Shown here piece by piece: positions 49,852-60,136 of a DNA stretch of 64,000 bases. The stretch spans positions 70,213 through 134,212 of the forward strand of contig CAMCAW010000001.1 of NCBI GenBank assembly GCA_945872855.1, read 5' to 3'. A program made the translations under genes and the position numbers. This DNA is from Rickettsia typhi (GTDB lineage Bacteria; Pseudomonadota; Alphaproteobacteria; Rickettsiales; UBA1997). The notes beneath the pieces were generated by a model. That model was not told the DNA's origin and did no database searches. It saw nothing but the letters and a program-made list of their open reading frames with translations. How positions within the stretch are numbered: position 1 is the stretch's first letter; each line of letters starts with the position of its first letter.

Positions 49852-50831
49852 AAAAAGCCATAATAATTTCTGGCCCAACCGCATCAGGAAAATCTTCTCT
49901 GGCCTTGCAAATGGGCGATTTTCGCGATATTGCAATTATAAATGCTGATGCGTTGCAAATCTATGAAGGCTTGCCAATTCTATCTTCGCAGCCAACTGTT
50001 GCAGATAAAAAAATTGCGTCACATTCGCTATATTCTTATTTTGCGCCAGAAAAATCTTGCTCAGTTGGATTGTGGCTTGAGCTAGTAAAATCAACGCTAG
50101 AAGAGGTGTGGAGGCAGGAAAAAATTCCTCTAATTGTTGGTGGTTCGGGAATGTATATTTCGAAATTGCTAGATGGTATTTCTGAAGTTCCTGCAATTGA
50201 TGAGGCCGTGAGAACAGAGGCTGGCGAGCTTTATAAAAATTTATCGCGCGAAGAATTTTTGCAAAATTTAATTTTGCTTGGTGATAAAAGTGAAATTGGC
50301 GCAGAAATTGCGGAAGATAAAAAGATGGATGCCGAAATTTTAGAAGGTAATTTAGAAAATCAGAATGATAGATTAAAGAACCTCGACAAGCAGCGCCTTA
50401 TAAGGGCTTATGAAGTGTTGAAGCAAACAGGAAAAACAATTTTTTGGTGGCAAAGTCAACCAACAAAAAAGATTTTTGACTCACAAATTTTTACTCATAT
50501 AAACTTAAATCCGCCGCGCGAACAACTTTATAAAAACTGTAATTCGCGTTTCGAAATAATGTTAAAAACTGGCGCAATTGAAGAAGTTGAAGCCTTGATT
50601 AGCAAGGGATTGCGCGATGATTTACAAATTACCAAAACTCTCGGATTTTTAGAAATAAAAGATTTTTTGCAACAAAAAATCACGCGCGAAAAGATGTTAG
50701 AAATTGCATCGCAAAAAACCAGGAACTACGCTAAACGCCAATTGACATGGTTTCGTCATCAGTTTGCAGAAAAAAATGTTTTTGACGATTTGGAATTAGC
50801 AAAAAATTTCTTAATAACTTGCGGTAAATGA
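49848..50831 (+). CDS. miaA: tRNA dimethylallyltransferase
   Basis: P-loop GPTASGKS and the QIYEGLPILSSQP motif. Confidence 0.9.
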   Translation: MKKAIIISGPTASGKSSLALQMGDFRDIAIINADALQIYEGLPILSSQPTVADKKIASHSLYSYFAPEKSCSVGLWLELVKSTLEEVWRQEKIPLIVGGSGMYISKLLDGISEVPAIDEAVRTEAGELYKNLSREEFLQNLILLGDKSEIGAEIAEDKKMDAEILEGNLENQNDRLKNLDKQRLIRAYEVLKQTGKTIFWWQSQPTKKIFDSQIFTHINLNPPREQLYKNCNSRFEIMLKTGAIEEVEALISKGLRDDLQITKTLGFLEIKDFLQQKITREKMLEIASQKTRNYAKRQLTWFRHQFAEKNVFDDLELAKNFLITCGK

Positions 50832-51574
50832 AATTAAGCGATATTGGCATTATAATTAGTCAAAAAAACTACAGTGAAAATTCTGCGATTATAAAAATAT
50901 TTTCGCAAAATCACGGCATTTATCGCGGGCTTGTTTCTGCGCCAAAGTCAAAAAAAAAACAAGCAATTTTTCAAATCGGAAATTTGATTTCATTTGAGTG
51001 GAGATCTAGGAATGAAGAGGGTCTGGGACATTTTTATTATCCAGATTTAGTGAAATCTTTCTCTGCAAATATTATTTTCGATCGCCTAAAATTAAGTTGT
51101 TGTAGTTCGCTATTTTCAATTATCGAAACCTATTTTTTAGAGCGCGAGAATCATCGCGATCTCTTTGTTAAAATTCACAATTTTTTACTACAAATTTCCA
51201 GCGATCAGGTTGCTATAAAATCTTTTATAGCCGATTACATTAAGCTTGAATTAAAAATATTAAAAACACTCGGATACGGCATAGATCTATCTTCGTGCGC
51301 CGTTACAAACGAAACAACAAGTCTAGTTTTTGTTTCGCCAAAATCAGCTCGCGCCGTATCGCTTGAGGCGGGAAGGCCGTACGAAAATCGTTTATTGAAA
51401 TTACCACCATTCTTGCTGGCGAAAAATGATAATGTTGAAGATTTGCACTTATATGAAGGTTTGAAGCTCAGTGGATTTTTCTTGGAAAAATATGTGTTTG
51501 CAGAAAAAAATATAAGGCCAGCAAGTCGCGCCAATATTGAAGTGGAACTAAAACAACTTCTTCCTCTTGAATAA
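50828..51574 (+). CDS. recO: DNA repair protein RecO
   Basis: N-terminal OB-fold pattern GIIISQKNYSENSAIIKIFSQNHGIYRGLV...GNLISFEWRSR and a length of 248 aa. Confidence 0.75.
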   Translation: MKLSDIGIIISQKNYSENSAIIKIFSQNHGIYRGLVSAPKSKKKQAIFQIGNLISFEWRSRNEEGLGHFYYPDLVKSFSANIIFDRLKLSCCSSLFSIIETYFLERENHRDLFVKIHNFLLQISSDQVAIKSFIADYIKLELKILKTLGYGIDLSSCAVTNETTSLVFVSPKSARAVSLEAGRPYENRLLKLPPFLLAKNDNVEDLHLYEGLKLSGFFLEKYVFAEKNIRPASRANIEVELKQLLPLE

Positions 51575-52525
51575 CAAGAAAGAAACGCCGCCAAGTGCTG
51601 CGGTCATAAAAATTAGTGTAATGTAAAAACCGTACGGATTGCTGCCGCCTGGAATGCCGCCAACATTCATTCCAAACAATCCAGCAACAAAGCTAAGTGG
51701 CATAAAAATTGAAGCAATTAGTGAAATTTTAAACATGCTTTTATTGAGCCGGTCTGCAATCGCATTTGAAATTTCTTCATGCACAATTTTTGAGCGATCG
51801 CGCGCCTCATCAAGTTCTTCAACTATATGAGTGATTTGATCGTGATTTTCTTGAAAATGCCGCCTAGCCCAATCGTCGATCCATTCATTATCGTGTGATT
51901 TTAAGTGAGATAAAACATCTTTTTGCGGCAAAAGATAGCGTTTAAAAATCGTAACTTTTTTTCTTATAGAGCTTACAGACTCGCGCAGAGAATCGCTATA
52001 ATTGTTATTAGCCATTTCATCTTCAATGAGATCAATTCTATCATTGAGATTGTTGATTAGCGGGGCCAATAACAATAAATTTTCATAAATTAAATTATAT
52101 AAAAATTCGGGCGCATTTTTTATTTTTTTGCCCTGATCAATTTTTTTAGCAACATTAAAAATGGCGCTAAAATTTCGTTTTTGAATAGAGATAATGCGTG
52201 ATTCGTCAATCCACAGGCGGATCGAAGCCAGATCTTCAACTTCCGATTCGGCGTCAAGGTTAACGCCGCGCAAAATTACTAGTAAGCCATTTTCAAATTC
52301 AATAATACGTGGGCGAGCTTCCTCAGCAAAGAGCGCATCAATAATAAGGTGATCAAGATAAGAGACTTCGCGCTTCAGCCATTTTTGCGATTGTGCGATG
52401 TTGCCATCAAGATGCACCCAAGCCAACCCTTCATTTCTTATTTCTTGCGCAACTTTGCCATTATTAAGCTTATGCGCAGTGCCATCTGCACTGAAAGCAT
52501 AGGAAGCAAAAATGTGCTTATGCAT
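51548..52525 (-). CDS. CorA-superfamily divalent metal transporter (ZntB-like)
   Basis: Two C-terminal TM helices with a GMNVGGIPG loop. Confidence 0.8.
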   Translation of the reverse strand: MHKHIFASYAFSADGTAHKLNNGKVAQEIRNEGLAWVHLDGNIAQSQKWLKREVSYLDHLIIDALFAEEARPRIIEFENGLLVILRGVNLDAESEVEDLASIRLWIDESRIISIQKRNFSAIFNVAKKIDQGKKIKNAPEFLYNLIYENLLLLAPLINNLNDRIDLIEDEMANNNYSDSLRESVSSIRKKVTIFKRYLLPQKDVLSHLKSHDNEWIDDWARRHFQENHDQITHIVEELDEARDRSKIVHEEISNAIADRLNKSMFKISLIASIFMPLSFVAGLFGMNVGGIPGGSNPYGFYITLIFMTAALGGVSFLLFKRKKLF

Positions 52526-52531
52526 ATTTAG

Positions 52532-53098
52532 TTAATTTTTTTTCAATGAAATAATTGCTCTACCAACAATTTTGTTGCCTTGTGTCATTGTAGAAATAAT
52601 TATCGCAGATTTTTCGTCAACCAAATAGAGTTTGTCTTCATAATTGACGGGCTGTTTTTTATCTTTAAAGAGAGTGTTGAGGCTATAATTAATAACCGAA
52701 GAATTTCCTAAATTGCGGCCTTGAGCATCTCCAATAAAATCATGACCAATTGCGGTATAGCTAGCTGGATCATTGATTGTAATTAACCAAGTGCGACTAT
52801 CTTTTTTGCCGCCATTAAACGAATAATTATAATTCACGGTGCCGCGATTTTCTTCCCACTTGCCATTGGCTTTAATAATGAAGCTGCCTTCAATTTTTTC
52901 TTGTGGATTTTGCACGATTGCAAAGCCTTCTAAGTCGCCAGTGAAGAAATTTTTGACATCAATTCTTGGTGCTTTTTCTAAAAAATCGATAGGGGTGAGG
53001 GCGTTATTTTTAGGAGAGACTAATTGCTGCAAATATGTGCAAGATGCAAGAGTTTCTAATGCTAGAGCCAGTATCAAGAATTTAAATATTATTTTCAT
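52532..53098 (-). CDS. lipoprotein (DUF3833-like, recalled resemblance)
   Basis: Lipobox LETLASC. ATG 53098 is preferred over track start 53134. Confidence 0.55.
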   Translation of the reverse strand: MKIIFKFLILALALETLASCTYLQQLVSPKNNALTPIDFLEKAPRIDVKNFFTGDLEGFAIVQNPQEKIEGSFIIKANGKWEENRGTVNYNYSFNGGKKDSRTWLITINDPASYTAIGHDFIGDAQGRNLGNSSVINYSLNTLFKDKKQPVNYEDKLYLVDEKSAIIISTMTQGNKIVGRAIISLKKN

Positions 53099-53205
53099 CG
53101 TATAAGAAATTTTATTAAGGGAGTAGTGAATCATTGCAGTGATTTTTATAAAAGTCTAGAGCTTGCCGCAAAACTTAGTGAACCGCCTTGTTTTTGGTCA
53201 GTCGA

Positions 53206-53937
53206 CTAATGCTTTTGCTGATGTCTTTTTCGCGCAATAATGTTTAATATTTCAACTGATAAAGTAAAAAATAATGCGAAATAAAGATAAGTTTTAGAAA
53301 TATGTAAATTGAATCCATCAGAAAGCAATATTGCTCCAACCATGAAAATAAAGGAGAGGGCAACAATTTTAAGTGATGGATAATGCGTTAAAAATTCACT
53401 AATTCTTTCCGAAGAAAATAACATTATAATCATTGAGATAACGATTGCGGCAATCATTATCGGAATGTTATTTGTCATCGCCACGGCCGTAATTACTGAG
53501 TCGAAAGAGAAGATGAAGTCAATTAATGAGATCTGCAAAATCGCAGCAAAAATTGTTTTGCCAGCTTCTTTTTTATCCATTTTCTTTTCAACATGAGGCT
53601 CGTAAAAATAAATATCTTGAACGATTTCATAGCCACTTTTTACAACCAAAAATAAACCACCAGAAATTAGCAAAAAATTCTTAAAAGAAAAGCCGTGTCC
53701 AGCCAAATAAAACAAGGGCTCGGTAAGTGTCATTATCCAAGTTAAAGTCATTAGCATTAAAATACGAATGACAAGAGCTAGCGACAAGCCAAAAATGCGC
53801 GCGTTATTGCGTGATTTTTTTGGCAATTTATAAGTTACGAGTGAAATGAAAATTAGGTTGTCGATACCAAGAATAATTTCGAGGAAGGTTAGGGTGATAA
53901 GGCTGAAAATAAGATCGTAGCCGACGAAAAATTCCAT
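53206..53937 (-). CDS. TerC-family integral membrane protein
   Basis: Polytopic membrane protein with duplicated LGIDNLIFIS and SFDSVITAV motifs. Confidence 0.8.
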   Translation of the reverse strand: MEFFVGYDLIFSLITLTFLEIILGIDNLIFISLVTYKLPKKSRNNARIFGLSLALVIRILMLMTLTWIMTLTEPLFYLAGHGFSFKNFLLISGGLFLVVKSGYEIVQDIYFYEPHVEKKMDKKEAGKTIFAAILQISLIDFIFSFDSVITAVAMTNNIPIMIAAIVISMIIMLFSSERISEFLTHYPSLKIVALSFIFMVGAILLSDGFNLHISKTYLYFALFFTLSVEILNIIARKRHQQKH

Positions 53938-53942
53938 AAATA

Positions 53943-54548
53943 TTATGTTATATTAATATAATTTTTACGATGCAAAAAGCATAATAAAGGTTGTAAATTT
54001 AAGCCTAAAATAGAGTAATAATCGCCAGATATTTTTTCAAATAAATGTTTTCCAAGTGATTCGTATTTGTAGCTTCCTGCACAGCCCCAAGGTTTATCAG
54101 CACTGACGTAAGAGTGAATGTCGTTAGCAGAAATTTTACGCATTTTTAATTTTACGCGCGAGATTTTTCTGAAAATAATTTTACCATTTTTTGCAACTAC
54201 AGTGGCGTTATTTTGATAGTGAATTTTGCCACTAAAATTTGTTAATTGCACAATTGCTTCATCGGCATTTTTCGATTTATCGATGCCTTTGTCATCAAAC
54301 TCGCAGATTTGATCAGAGCCAATTACAAGGGCATTTTTGTGAATTTGCGAAACAGACAAAGCCTTATTTTCAGCCAAAAACATTGCGAGTTGCGCAATCG
54401 TTAAATGAGGATTTTGTTGCTTACCTTCCTCTTCATTAAAAAGCGGCGCAATCGCTTGAAAATTAAGCATTGTCGCTTCAAGAATTTGCTTCCTCACCGC
54501 AGAAGTTGAGGCTAAAATTAGGGGTTTGTTTTGCTGCAAAAATTGCAT
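53943..54548 (-). CDS. maf: Maf-like nucleoside triphosphate pyrophosphatase
   Basis: LILASTSAVRKQIL N-terminus and a length of ~200 aa. Confidence 0.85.
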   Translation of the reverse strand: MQFLQQNKPLILASTSAVRKQILEATMLNFQAIAPLFNEEEGKQQNPHLTIAQLAMFLAENKALSVSQIHKNALVIGSDQICEFDDKGIDKSKNADEAIVQLTNFSGKIHYQNNATVVAKNGKIIFRKISRVKLKMRKISANDIHSYVSADKPWGCAGSYKYESLGKHLFEKISGDYYSILGLNLQPLLCFLHRKNYINIT

Positions 54549-54563
54549 TATATTTTGCTAATC

Positions 54564-55145
54564 TTAAAGGGAAATCATGGTCAAAAAGCGCTTTTCCATT
54601 TCAATGTCGGTTTTAAAAAGCCCTGTCATTTTTTTAGTGATTGTGGTGGTGCCAAATTTATGGACACCGCGTGTTGTCATGCATTGGTGTTCGGCATCGA
54701 TCAGAACGGCTACGCCTCTAGGGTCCAACACCTCTTCAATAACATCGGCAATTTGCGAAGTCATTGTTTCTTGTGTTTGTAAGCGTTTAGAAAAAATATC
54801 GAGCAAACGCGCGATTTTGCTGATTCCAACCACTTTTTTGTTTGGGATATAAGCGATATGAGCTTTGCCGATAAATGGCACCATATGGTGTTCGCAATGC
54901 GATTCTAGACGCATGTTTTTAAGTAAAACGATATCGTCGTATTCTTCAACTTCCTCAAAAGTTTTTTGCAGCACCTTTTTAGGATCTACATCGTAGCCAG
55001 AAAAAAACTCGCGATAAGCTTCAGCTACGCGCTTTGGAGTATCAAGCAAGCCTTCGCGCTCAGGATTATCGCCGGCCCAAGCAATTAAAGTTTTAACGGC
55101 CTGCTCAGCCTGTTCTTGCGAAGGGCGAGAAATTTTATTTTTCAT
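54564..55145 (-). CDS. folE: GTP cyclohydrolase I
   Basis: Motifs CEHHMVPF and GVAVLIDAEHQCM. ATG 55145 is preferred over TTG 55193. Confidence 0.92.
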   Translation of the reverse strand: MKNKISRPSQEQAEQAVKTLIAWAGDNPEREGLLDTPKRVAEAYREFFSGYDVDPKKVLQKTFEEVEEYDDIVLLKNMRLESHCEHHMVPFIGKAHIAYIPNKKVVGISKIARLLDIFSKRLQTQETMTSQIADVIEEVLDPRGVAVLIDAEHQCMTTRGVHKFGTTTITKKMTGLFKTDIEMEKRFLTMISL

Positions 55146-55331
55146 TACTGTGTTTGATTGTTCGCAGCTATATTTGCGATAATATTTTTGCAAGGCTATA
55201 CATTATTTGATAAAATTACAAGTTGTAAAATAAAAATGACTGATTAAATTATGTGCCCTTCTATTTTTTTTTACTAAAAATTAAGAAGGCGTAGTCACCA
55301 ATTAACCTGAAAATCATAAAACTAATACATT

Positions 55332-55865
55332 ATGAAAAACTTTAAAATTTCGCTATTAGCAGTTGCTGCATTATTTGCGCTTAATGTTTCAAACTCTTTT
55401 GCAGGCGAAATCGCCATTCTTGATATTGAGAAAATTGCTAAAGAATCAAAGGCGGTTCACGATATCCAAGCCAGAGTTAGCAAAAAACAAGATGAATTTC
55501 AAAAAGAAATCACTAAAAAACAAGCAGATTTAGAATCTGACCAAAAAAAGCTTGAAGCTAAGAAAAATATTCTTTCGAAAGAAGCTTTTGAAAAAGAACA
55601 AAAGGCTTTCGAGAAAAAAATTGACGCTTTAAAAGAGCTTGTTGAGAAAAGACAAAATGCTTTAAAAAAAGCTTCTACTGATTCAATGGCAAAAGTTAAT
55701 GATAAAATGAAAGATATCATTGGCGAAATTGCAAAAGAAAAAGGATTGAATTTAATTCTTCCAGCTTCACAAGTTGTATTCTCTGCGGATAGCTTAGATA
55801 TTTCGGCTGAAGTTTTGGAAAAATTGAACAAAAAAGTTACTAAAATTGAAGTTAAATTTGAGTAA
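55332..55865 (+). CDS. skp: periplasmic chaperone Skp/OmpH
   Basis: Signal peptide followed by a long Lys/Glu-rich coiled coil, 177 aa. Confidence 0.75.
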   Translation: MKNFKISLLAVAALFALNVSNSFAGEIAILDIEKIAKESKAVHDIQARVSKKQDEFQKEITKKQADLESDQKKLEAKKNILSKEAFEKEQKAFEKKIDALKELVEKRQNALKKASTDSMAKVNDKMKDIIGEIAKEKGLNLILPASQVVFSADSLDISAEVLEKLNKKVTKIEVKFE

Positions 55866-55872
55866 TTGAAAT

Positions 55873-55949
55873 GGGTCTGTAGCTCAGTTGGTTAGAGTGC
55901 GCGCCTGATAAGTGCGAGGTCGGTGGTTCAAGTCCACCCAGACCCACCA
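55873..55949 (+). tRNA. tRNA-Ile (anticodon GAT), CCA encoded
   Basis: The cloverleaf folds by hand: acceptor GGGTCTG/CAGACCC, anticodon stem CGCGC/GTGCG (one C:T mismatch) with loop CTGATAA, T-arm GGTGG-TTCAAGT-CCACC. Confidence 0.93.
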
Positions 55950-55974
55950 TTTCTATATTCTTAATATTTTTAGT

Positions 55975-56766
55975 GTGCTTTCAACAAATCAAATTCGCAC
56001 AAAATTCCTCGACTATTTCGCCCGCAACGGTCACGAAATAGTCGCCTCTAGTTCCCTCATTCCTAATAACGATCCCACGCTGATGTTCACCAATGCGGGG
56101 ATGAATCAATTCAAAAATTATTTTACTGGCGTTGAAGTTCCTAAGTTCAAGCGCGCAGCTACTTCGCAAAAATGCGTGAGAGCTGGCGGTAAGCATAATG
56201 ATCTTGATAACGTTGGCTTCACAGCGCGCCATCATACATTTTTTGAGATGCTAGGAAATTTTTCTTTCGGCGACTATTTTAAAGAAGAGGCGATTTTTTT
56301 TGCGTGGGAATTTCTTACTAAAGAGCTTGGAATCAATAAAGAAAGGTTTCTAGTAACGGTTTATCACAATGATGACGAGGCGGCAAATTTCTGGAAAAAA
56401 ATTACAGGCCTTAAAGATGAAAAAATAATTCGCATTTCTACCGATGATAATTTTTGGTCAATGGGCGATGTAGGGCCATGCGGGCCTTGCTCTGAAATCT
56501 TTTATGATCACGGTGATAAAATTTTTGGTGGACCTCCGGGCAGTAAAGATCAAGACGGCGATCGTTTTATTGAAATTTGGAATTTAGTCTTCATGCAGTT
56601 CGAAAAAACTGCTGGTGGTAAGATGGCGCCATTGCCAAAGCCGTGTATTGATACAGGAATGGGGTTAGAGCGCATTACTTCGCTAATGCAAGGCCAGCAT
56701 GATAATTATGCCACTGACGCCTTCGTTAATCTCGTCGGTAAAATTCAAAAAATTGCTAATGTCTAA
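55975..56766 (+). pseudogene. alaS: alanine--tRNA ligase, N-terminal ~264 codons only (truncated)
   Basis: [45 protein letters not shown] and GMGLERI are all intact. The frame stops at ...[10 protein letters not shown], where anmK begins, so more than 600 codons are missing. GTG start at 55975. Confidence 0.7.
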
Positions 56767-57919
56767 TCGCGAGCATCACAAAATTTATACCGCAATTGGC
56801 TTGATGAGTGGCACCTCGATGGATGGCGTCGATCTTGCCCTTGTCAAAAGTGATGGCAGAGATTTTATTGAGCGTAAAAATTTTTCTTACACTTCTTATG
56901 GTTTAGAAATAAAAAAATCGTTGCAACACTTGATATACGGGGCCCCAAGCCTGAAAGAAATCAAGATGATAGAAAATGAATTTACTTCGCTAAACATAAA
57001 AATTGTTAATGATTTTCTCGCAAAAAATAATATTGATCGCCAAGAAATAGATGCGGTTGCATTTCACGGGCACACAATTTTACACGCTCCAGAGCATCAA
57101 ATCACTTGGCAAATTGGTAATGCAGAATTATTGGCAGCAAAAACGGGCATAAATATTGTAGCAGATTTTCGTAGTCGCGACGTAGCTTTTGGTGGGCAGG
57201 GTGCGCCTTTGGTGCCAATTTATCATTTTTACCTTTTGCATAATCAGCCGAAGCCGGTGATAGTTTTAAATATTGGGGGAATTAGCAATATCACCTATTT
57301 CTCTGGCGATCAAGAAAGCGACATCGAGGCTTTCGATGTGTGTTTCGGCAACGCTCCTTTCGATGATTTAATCAAGAAAAAACTGCAGCTAGATTTTGAT
57401 AAAGACGGCGAATTGTCAAAGTGCGGGAATATTGATTTCACTCTTGCTGATCGTATTTTGCGCAACGATATTTTTCATAAGGCGCCACCAAAATCTTTTG
57501 ATCGCGATGATTTTGCTGAGTTGCTGGCGCCACTTAATAGACTGCAAATTGAAGATGCGCTCGCCACCTTCGCTTATATGCATGCCAAAGTTATCCAAAT
57601 TAATATTGAGTTTTTATCGCAACATTCTGGCATTAAACCGAAAACAATTTTTGTTTGCGGTGGAGGCAGAAAAAATAAAGCGATAATGGATGAGATGAGA
57701 AAATGGCTTTTAGGAGTTGAAGTGAAAGCGATAGAGGATATTGGCTTGAATGGTGATGCTATTGAGGCAGAAGCCTTTGCTTTTTTGGCAATTAGACGAA
57801 TGCTAAAACTGCCAATTAGCTTTCAAAAGACGACAGGGATTTTACTGGCTGATAGTTGCGCTCTGGCTTCGCCTCGGCAACATTTTTCTTCTTACGGCGG
57901 CGTCTTCTATCCCGCTTAA
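56759..57919 (+). CDS. anmK: anhydro-N-acetylmuramic acid kinase
   Basis: Motifs [16 protein letters not shown] and [10 protein letters not shown], with C-terminal TTG...GGVFYPA. ATG 56759 is preferred over track start 56699. Confidence 0.88.
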   Translation: MSNREHHKIYTAIGLMSGTSMDGVDLALVKSDGRDFIERKNFSYTSYGLEIKKSLQHLIYGAPSLKEIKMIENEFTSLNIKIVNDFLAKNNIDRQEIDAVAFHGHTILHAPEHQITWQIGNAELLAAKTGINIVADFRSRDVAFGGQGAPLVPIYHFYLLHNQPKPVIVLNIGGISNITYFSGDQESDIEAFDVCFGNAPFDDLIKKKLQLDFDKDGELSKCGNIDFTLADRILRNDIFHKAPPKSFDRDDFAELLAPLNRLQIEDALATFAYMHAKVIQINIEFLSQHSGIKPKTIFVCGGGRKNKAIMDEMRKWLLGVEVKAIEDIGLNGDAIEAEAFAFLAIRRMLKLPISFQKTTGILLADSCALASPRQHFSSYGGVFYPA

Positions 57920-58580
57920 CTTTTCTAACTTTACCTGAGTCAATTAATAAGCGGCTTTTAATGTAGTTATCGAGATGCGCTTCAAATTCTTCAAAGTGAT
58001 CTTTGAAGAAGTGATCGGCTTGAGAAACTACCTTATAAGTGATTTCCGCGCCGTCCCGCGCCGATAATTTTTCGACTAATTTTGCGCTATCACTTTCTTT
58101 AGAAATATCATCTTTGTCGCCTTGAACCACAAAGCCTGAAGAGGTGCAGGGAACGATAAAATTGAAATCATATTTACCAACTGGTGGGGCTGCTAAAATG
58201 TAGTTTTCAATTTCGGGGCGGCGCATAACTAATTGTAGCGCGATCCATGCGCCAAAAGAAAAGCCGGCAACCCAATAATCTGACGCTTCCATGTTTTGAT
58301 CATGAAGCCAATTCATTACGGCTGTAGCATCAAGAAGCTCTCCCACGCCGCTATCAAATTTGCCTTGAGATTTTCCGACGCCGCGAGAATTAACGCGTAG
58401 CACCGAAAAGCCATTATTAACGAAGGCTTTATAAATAGCGTAAGTGGCTTTATTATTCATGGTGCCGCCATGAAGTGGGTGAGGGTGTAGCACTAGGGCC
58501 ACTGGGGCTTTTGTGTTAGTGCTTTGGTGATATTTGCCCTCAATCCTTCCAGCGGGCCCGTTGATGATTACTTCAGGCAT
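57816..58580 (-). CDS. alpha/beta hydrolase with basic C-terminal tail
   Basis: HPHPLHGGTMNNK and nucleophile elbow GFSFG. The tail [14 protein letters not shown] is encoded antisense to the anmK 3' end. Confidence 0.8.
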   Translation of the reverse strand: MPEVIINGPAGRIEGKYHQSTNTKAPVALVLHPHPLHGGTMNNKATYAIYKAFVNNGFSVLRVNSRGVGKSQGKFDSGVGELLDATAVMNWLHDQNMEASDYWVAGFSFGAWIALQLVMRRPEIENYILAAPPVGKYDFNFIVPCTSSGFVVQGDKDDISKESDSAKLVEKLSARDGAEITYKVVSQADHFFKDHFEEFEAHLDNYIKSRLLIDSGKVRKVKRDRRRRRKKKNVAEAKPERNYQPVKSLSSFES

Positions 58581-58581
58581 T

Positions 58582-58776
58582 TTATACTAATTCTTCCCAT
58601 TGAAGTGGCTTGCCAGCGGCATCTACGATAACTTGCGCAGTGCCAGCATATTTTGCAGCCATATATTTGCCATGTCCAGCGTGAACGCCTTGGTAAAGGA
58701 TGGGCTCAATTTCTTTGCCATTATGTTTTTTCTTTTCAACAGCTTTTCTGTTTTTCGGGTTGTTCTTCGTGCCCAT
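58582..58776 (-). CDS. small hypothetical protein (64 aa)
   Basis: ATG start, with the stop 1 nt before the hydrolase start. Basic N-terminus. No motif recognised. Confidence 0.5.
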   Translation of the reverse strand: MGTKNNPKNRKAVEKKKHNGKEIEPILYQGVHAGHGKYMAAKYAGTAQVIVDAAGKPLQWEELV

Positions 58777-58925
58777 AGTTTATAATAATGAATGAATTAA
58801 ATTTCAGTTGAATTTTGAATTGAAATTGCAACAATCTCTAGCTCTCAAGGATTGCTCGATTGAGTGACTTAAAGAAGGCTGCGAATCTTACAAATAATCA
58901 TTAAAAAAATCAAGTTTTTTTACCA

Positions 58926-60125
58926 ATGTCAAATTTCAATAGATTAAAGGATTGTGTTGTTGTGAATAAAAACGTGATTGTGCGCGTTGATATTAATGTT
59001 CCGATGCGTGATGGAAAGATTGAAGACGACACGCGGATCCGCGCTGTTATTCCTACGCTGAAATATTTAGCTGAACAAAAAGCTAAGGTGATTGTGATTT
59101 CGCATTTTGGCAGACCGGAGGGGAAGGTTGAGCCTTCAATGTCTCTGCAGCCTTTAGTTGCAAGGGTACAAGAGCTTTTAGGTTCTGCGATAAAAGTTAG
59201 TTTTGCCGAAGATTGTCTTGGCGAAAGTCCTAGAGCAGTGGTGTCTGCGGCCGATTATGGCGATGTAATAATGTTAGAAAATTTGCGCTTCTATAAACAA
59301 GAAACCAAAAACGATCCAGCCTTCGTGCAAGAATTGGCGGGTCTTGGCAACCTTTACGTTAATGATGCATTTTCTTGTTCGCATCGTGCGCATGCTTCAA
59401 TTGTTGGCATTCCTGCTATTTTAAAATCTTGCGCAGGGTTTTTGTTGGAAGCGGAGTTGGATAATTTAACTAACCTGCTTGAAAATGCGAAGAAGCCGAT
59501 GATGGCGGTTGTGGGCGGGGCAAAGGTTTCTACTAAATTAGATTTATTAAACTCACTAGTGTTTAAGGCGCAAAGTCTTGTGGTTGGAGGTGGCATGGCC
59601 AATAGTTTTCTTTATGCAATGGGAAAAAATATCGGCAAATCCTTGTGCGAGAAGGATTTGAAGAATGAGGTGCTAGCTATAATTGAAAAAGCAAAACAGG
59701 CTGGATGCTCGATTTTATTGCCTTCAGACGTGGTTGTGACAAAAAAGTTTGAGCAAAATGCGACTTGCCGAACCGTTTTAGTTGATGATGTGCAAGATGA
59801 TGAAATTATTGCAGATATTGGCGAGGCAAGTATTCGCGATCTTGCTGAGGCTTTAAAAAAACACCAAACTTTATTATGGAATGGGCCGCTTGGAGCTTTC
59901 GAAACTAAGCCATTTAACCTAGGGACAGATGGTTTTGCGAAAATTGCGGCATCACTCACGAAGGAAGGAAAGTTGTTATCGATTGCTGGTGGTGGCGATG
60001 TGGTTTCGGCCCTTAATGCCGCTGGTTTGGCGAATGACTTTACTTATATTTCTACCGCTGGTGGAGCATTTTTAGAATGGCTTGAGGGGAAAGAATTGCC
60101 AGGGGTGACGGCGCTTAATCGTTAA
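58926..60125 (+). CDS. pgk: phosphoglycerate kinase
   Basis: Motifs RVDINVP, SHFGRP, GGAKVSTK, GGGDVV and GGAFLEWL. Confidence 0.95.
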   Translation: MSNFNRLKDCVVVNKNVIVRVDINVPMRDGKIEDDTRIRAVIPTLKYLAEQKAKVIVISHFGRPEGKVEPSMSLQPLVARVQELLGSAIKVSFAEDCLGESPRAVVSAADYGDVIMLENLRFYKQETKNDPAFVQELAGLGNLYVNDAFSCSHRAHASIVGIPAILKSCAGFLLEAELDNLTNLLENAKKPMMAVVGGAKVSTKLDLLNSLVFKAQSLVVGGGMANSFLYAMGKNIGKSLCEKDLKNEVLAIIEKAKQAGCSILLPSDVVVTKKFEQNATCRTVLVDDVQDDEIIADIGEASIRDLAEALKKHQTLLWNGPLGAFETKPFNLGTDGFAKIAASLTKEGKLLSIAGGGDVVSALNAAGLANDFTYISTAGGAFLEWLEGKELPGVTALNR

Positions 60126-60136
60126 ATTTTATTATT

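Noticed and set aside
55912-55974. The track's upstream extension of the alaS fragment.
   Set aside because: It overlaps the 3' half of tRNA-Ile, and the AlaRS homology begins at GTG 55975.
58790-58860. Short direct repeats (ttgaatt / tgaaatt) in the divergent spacer upstream of pgk, considered as a possible operator.
   Set aside because: They are only 6-7 nt long, AT-rich and expected by chance in this composition. I cannot support them without conservation data.
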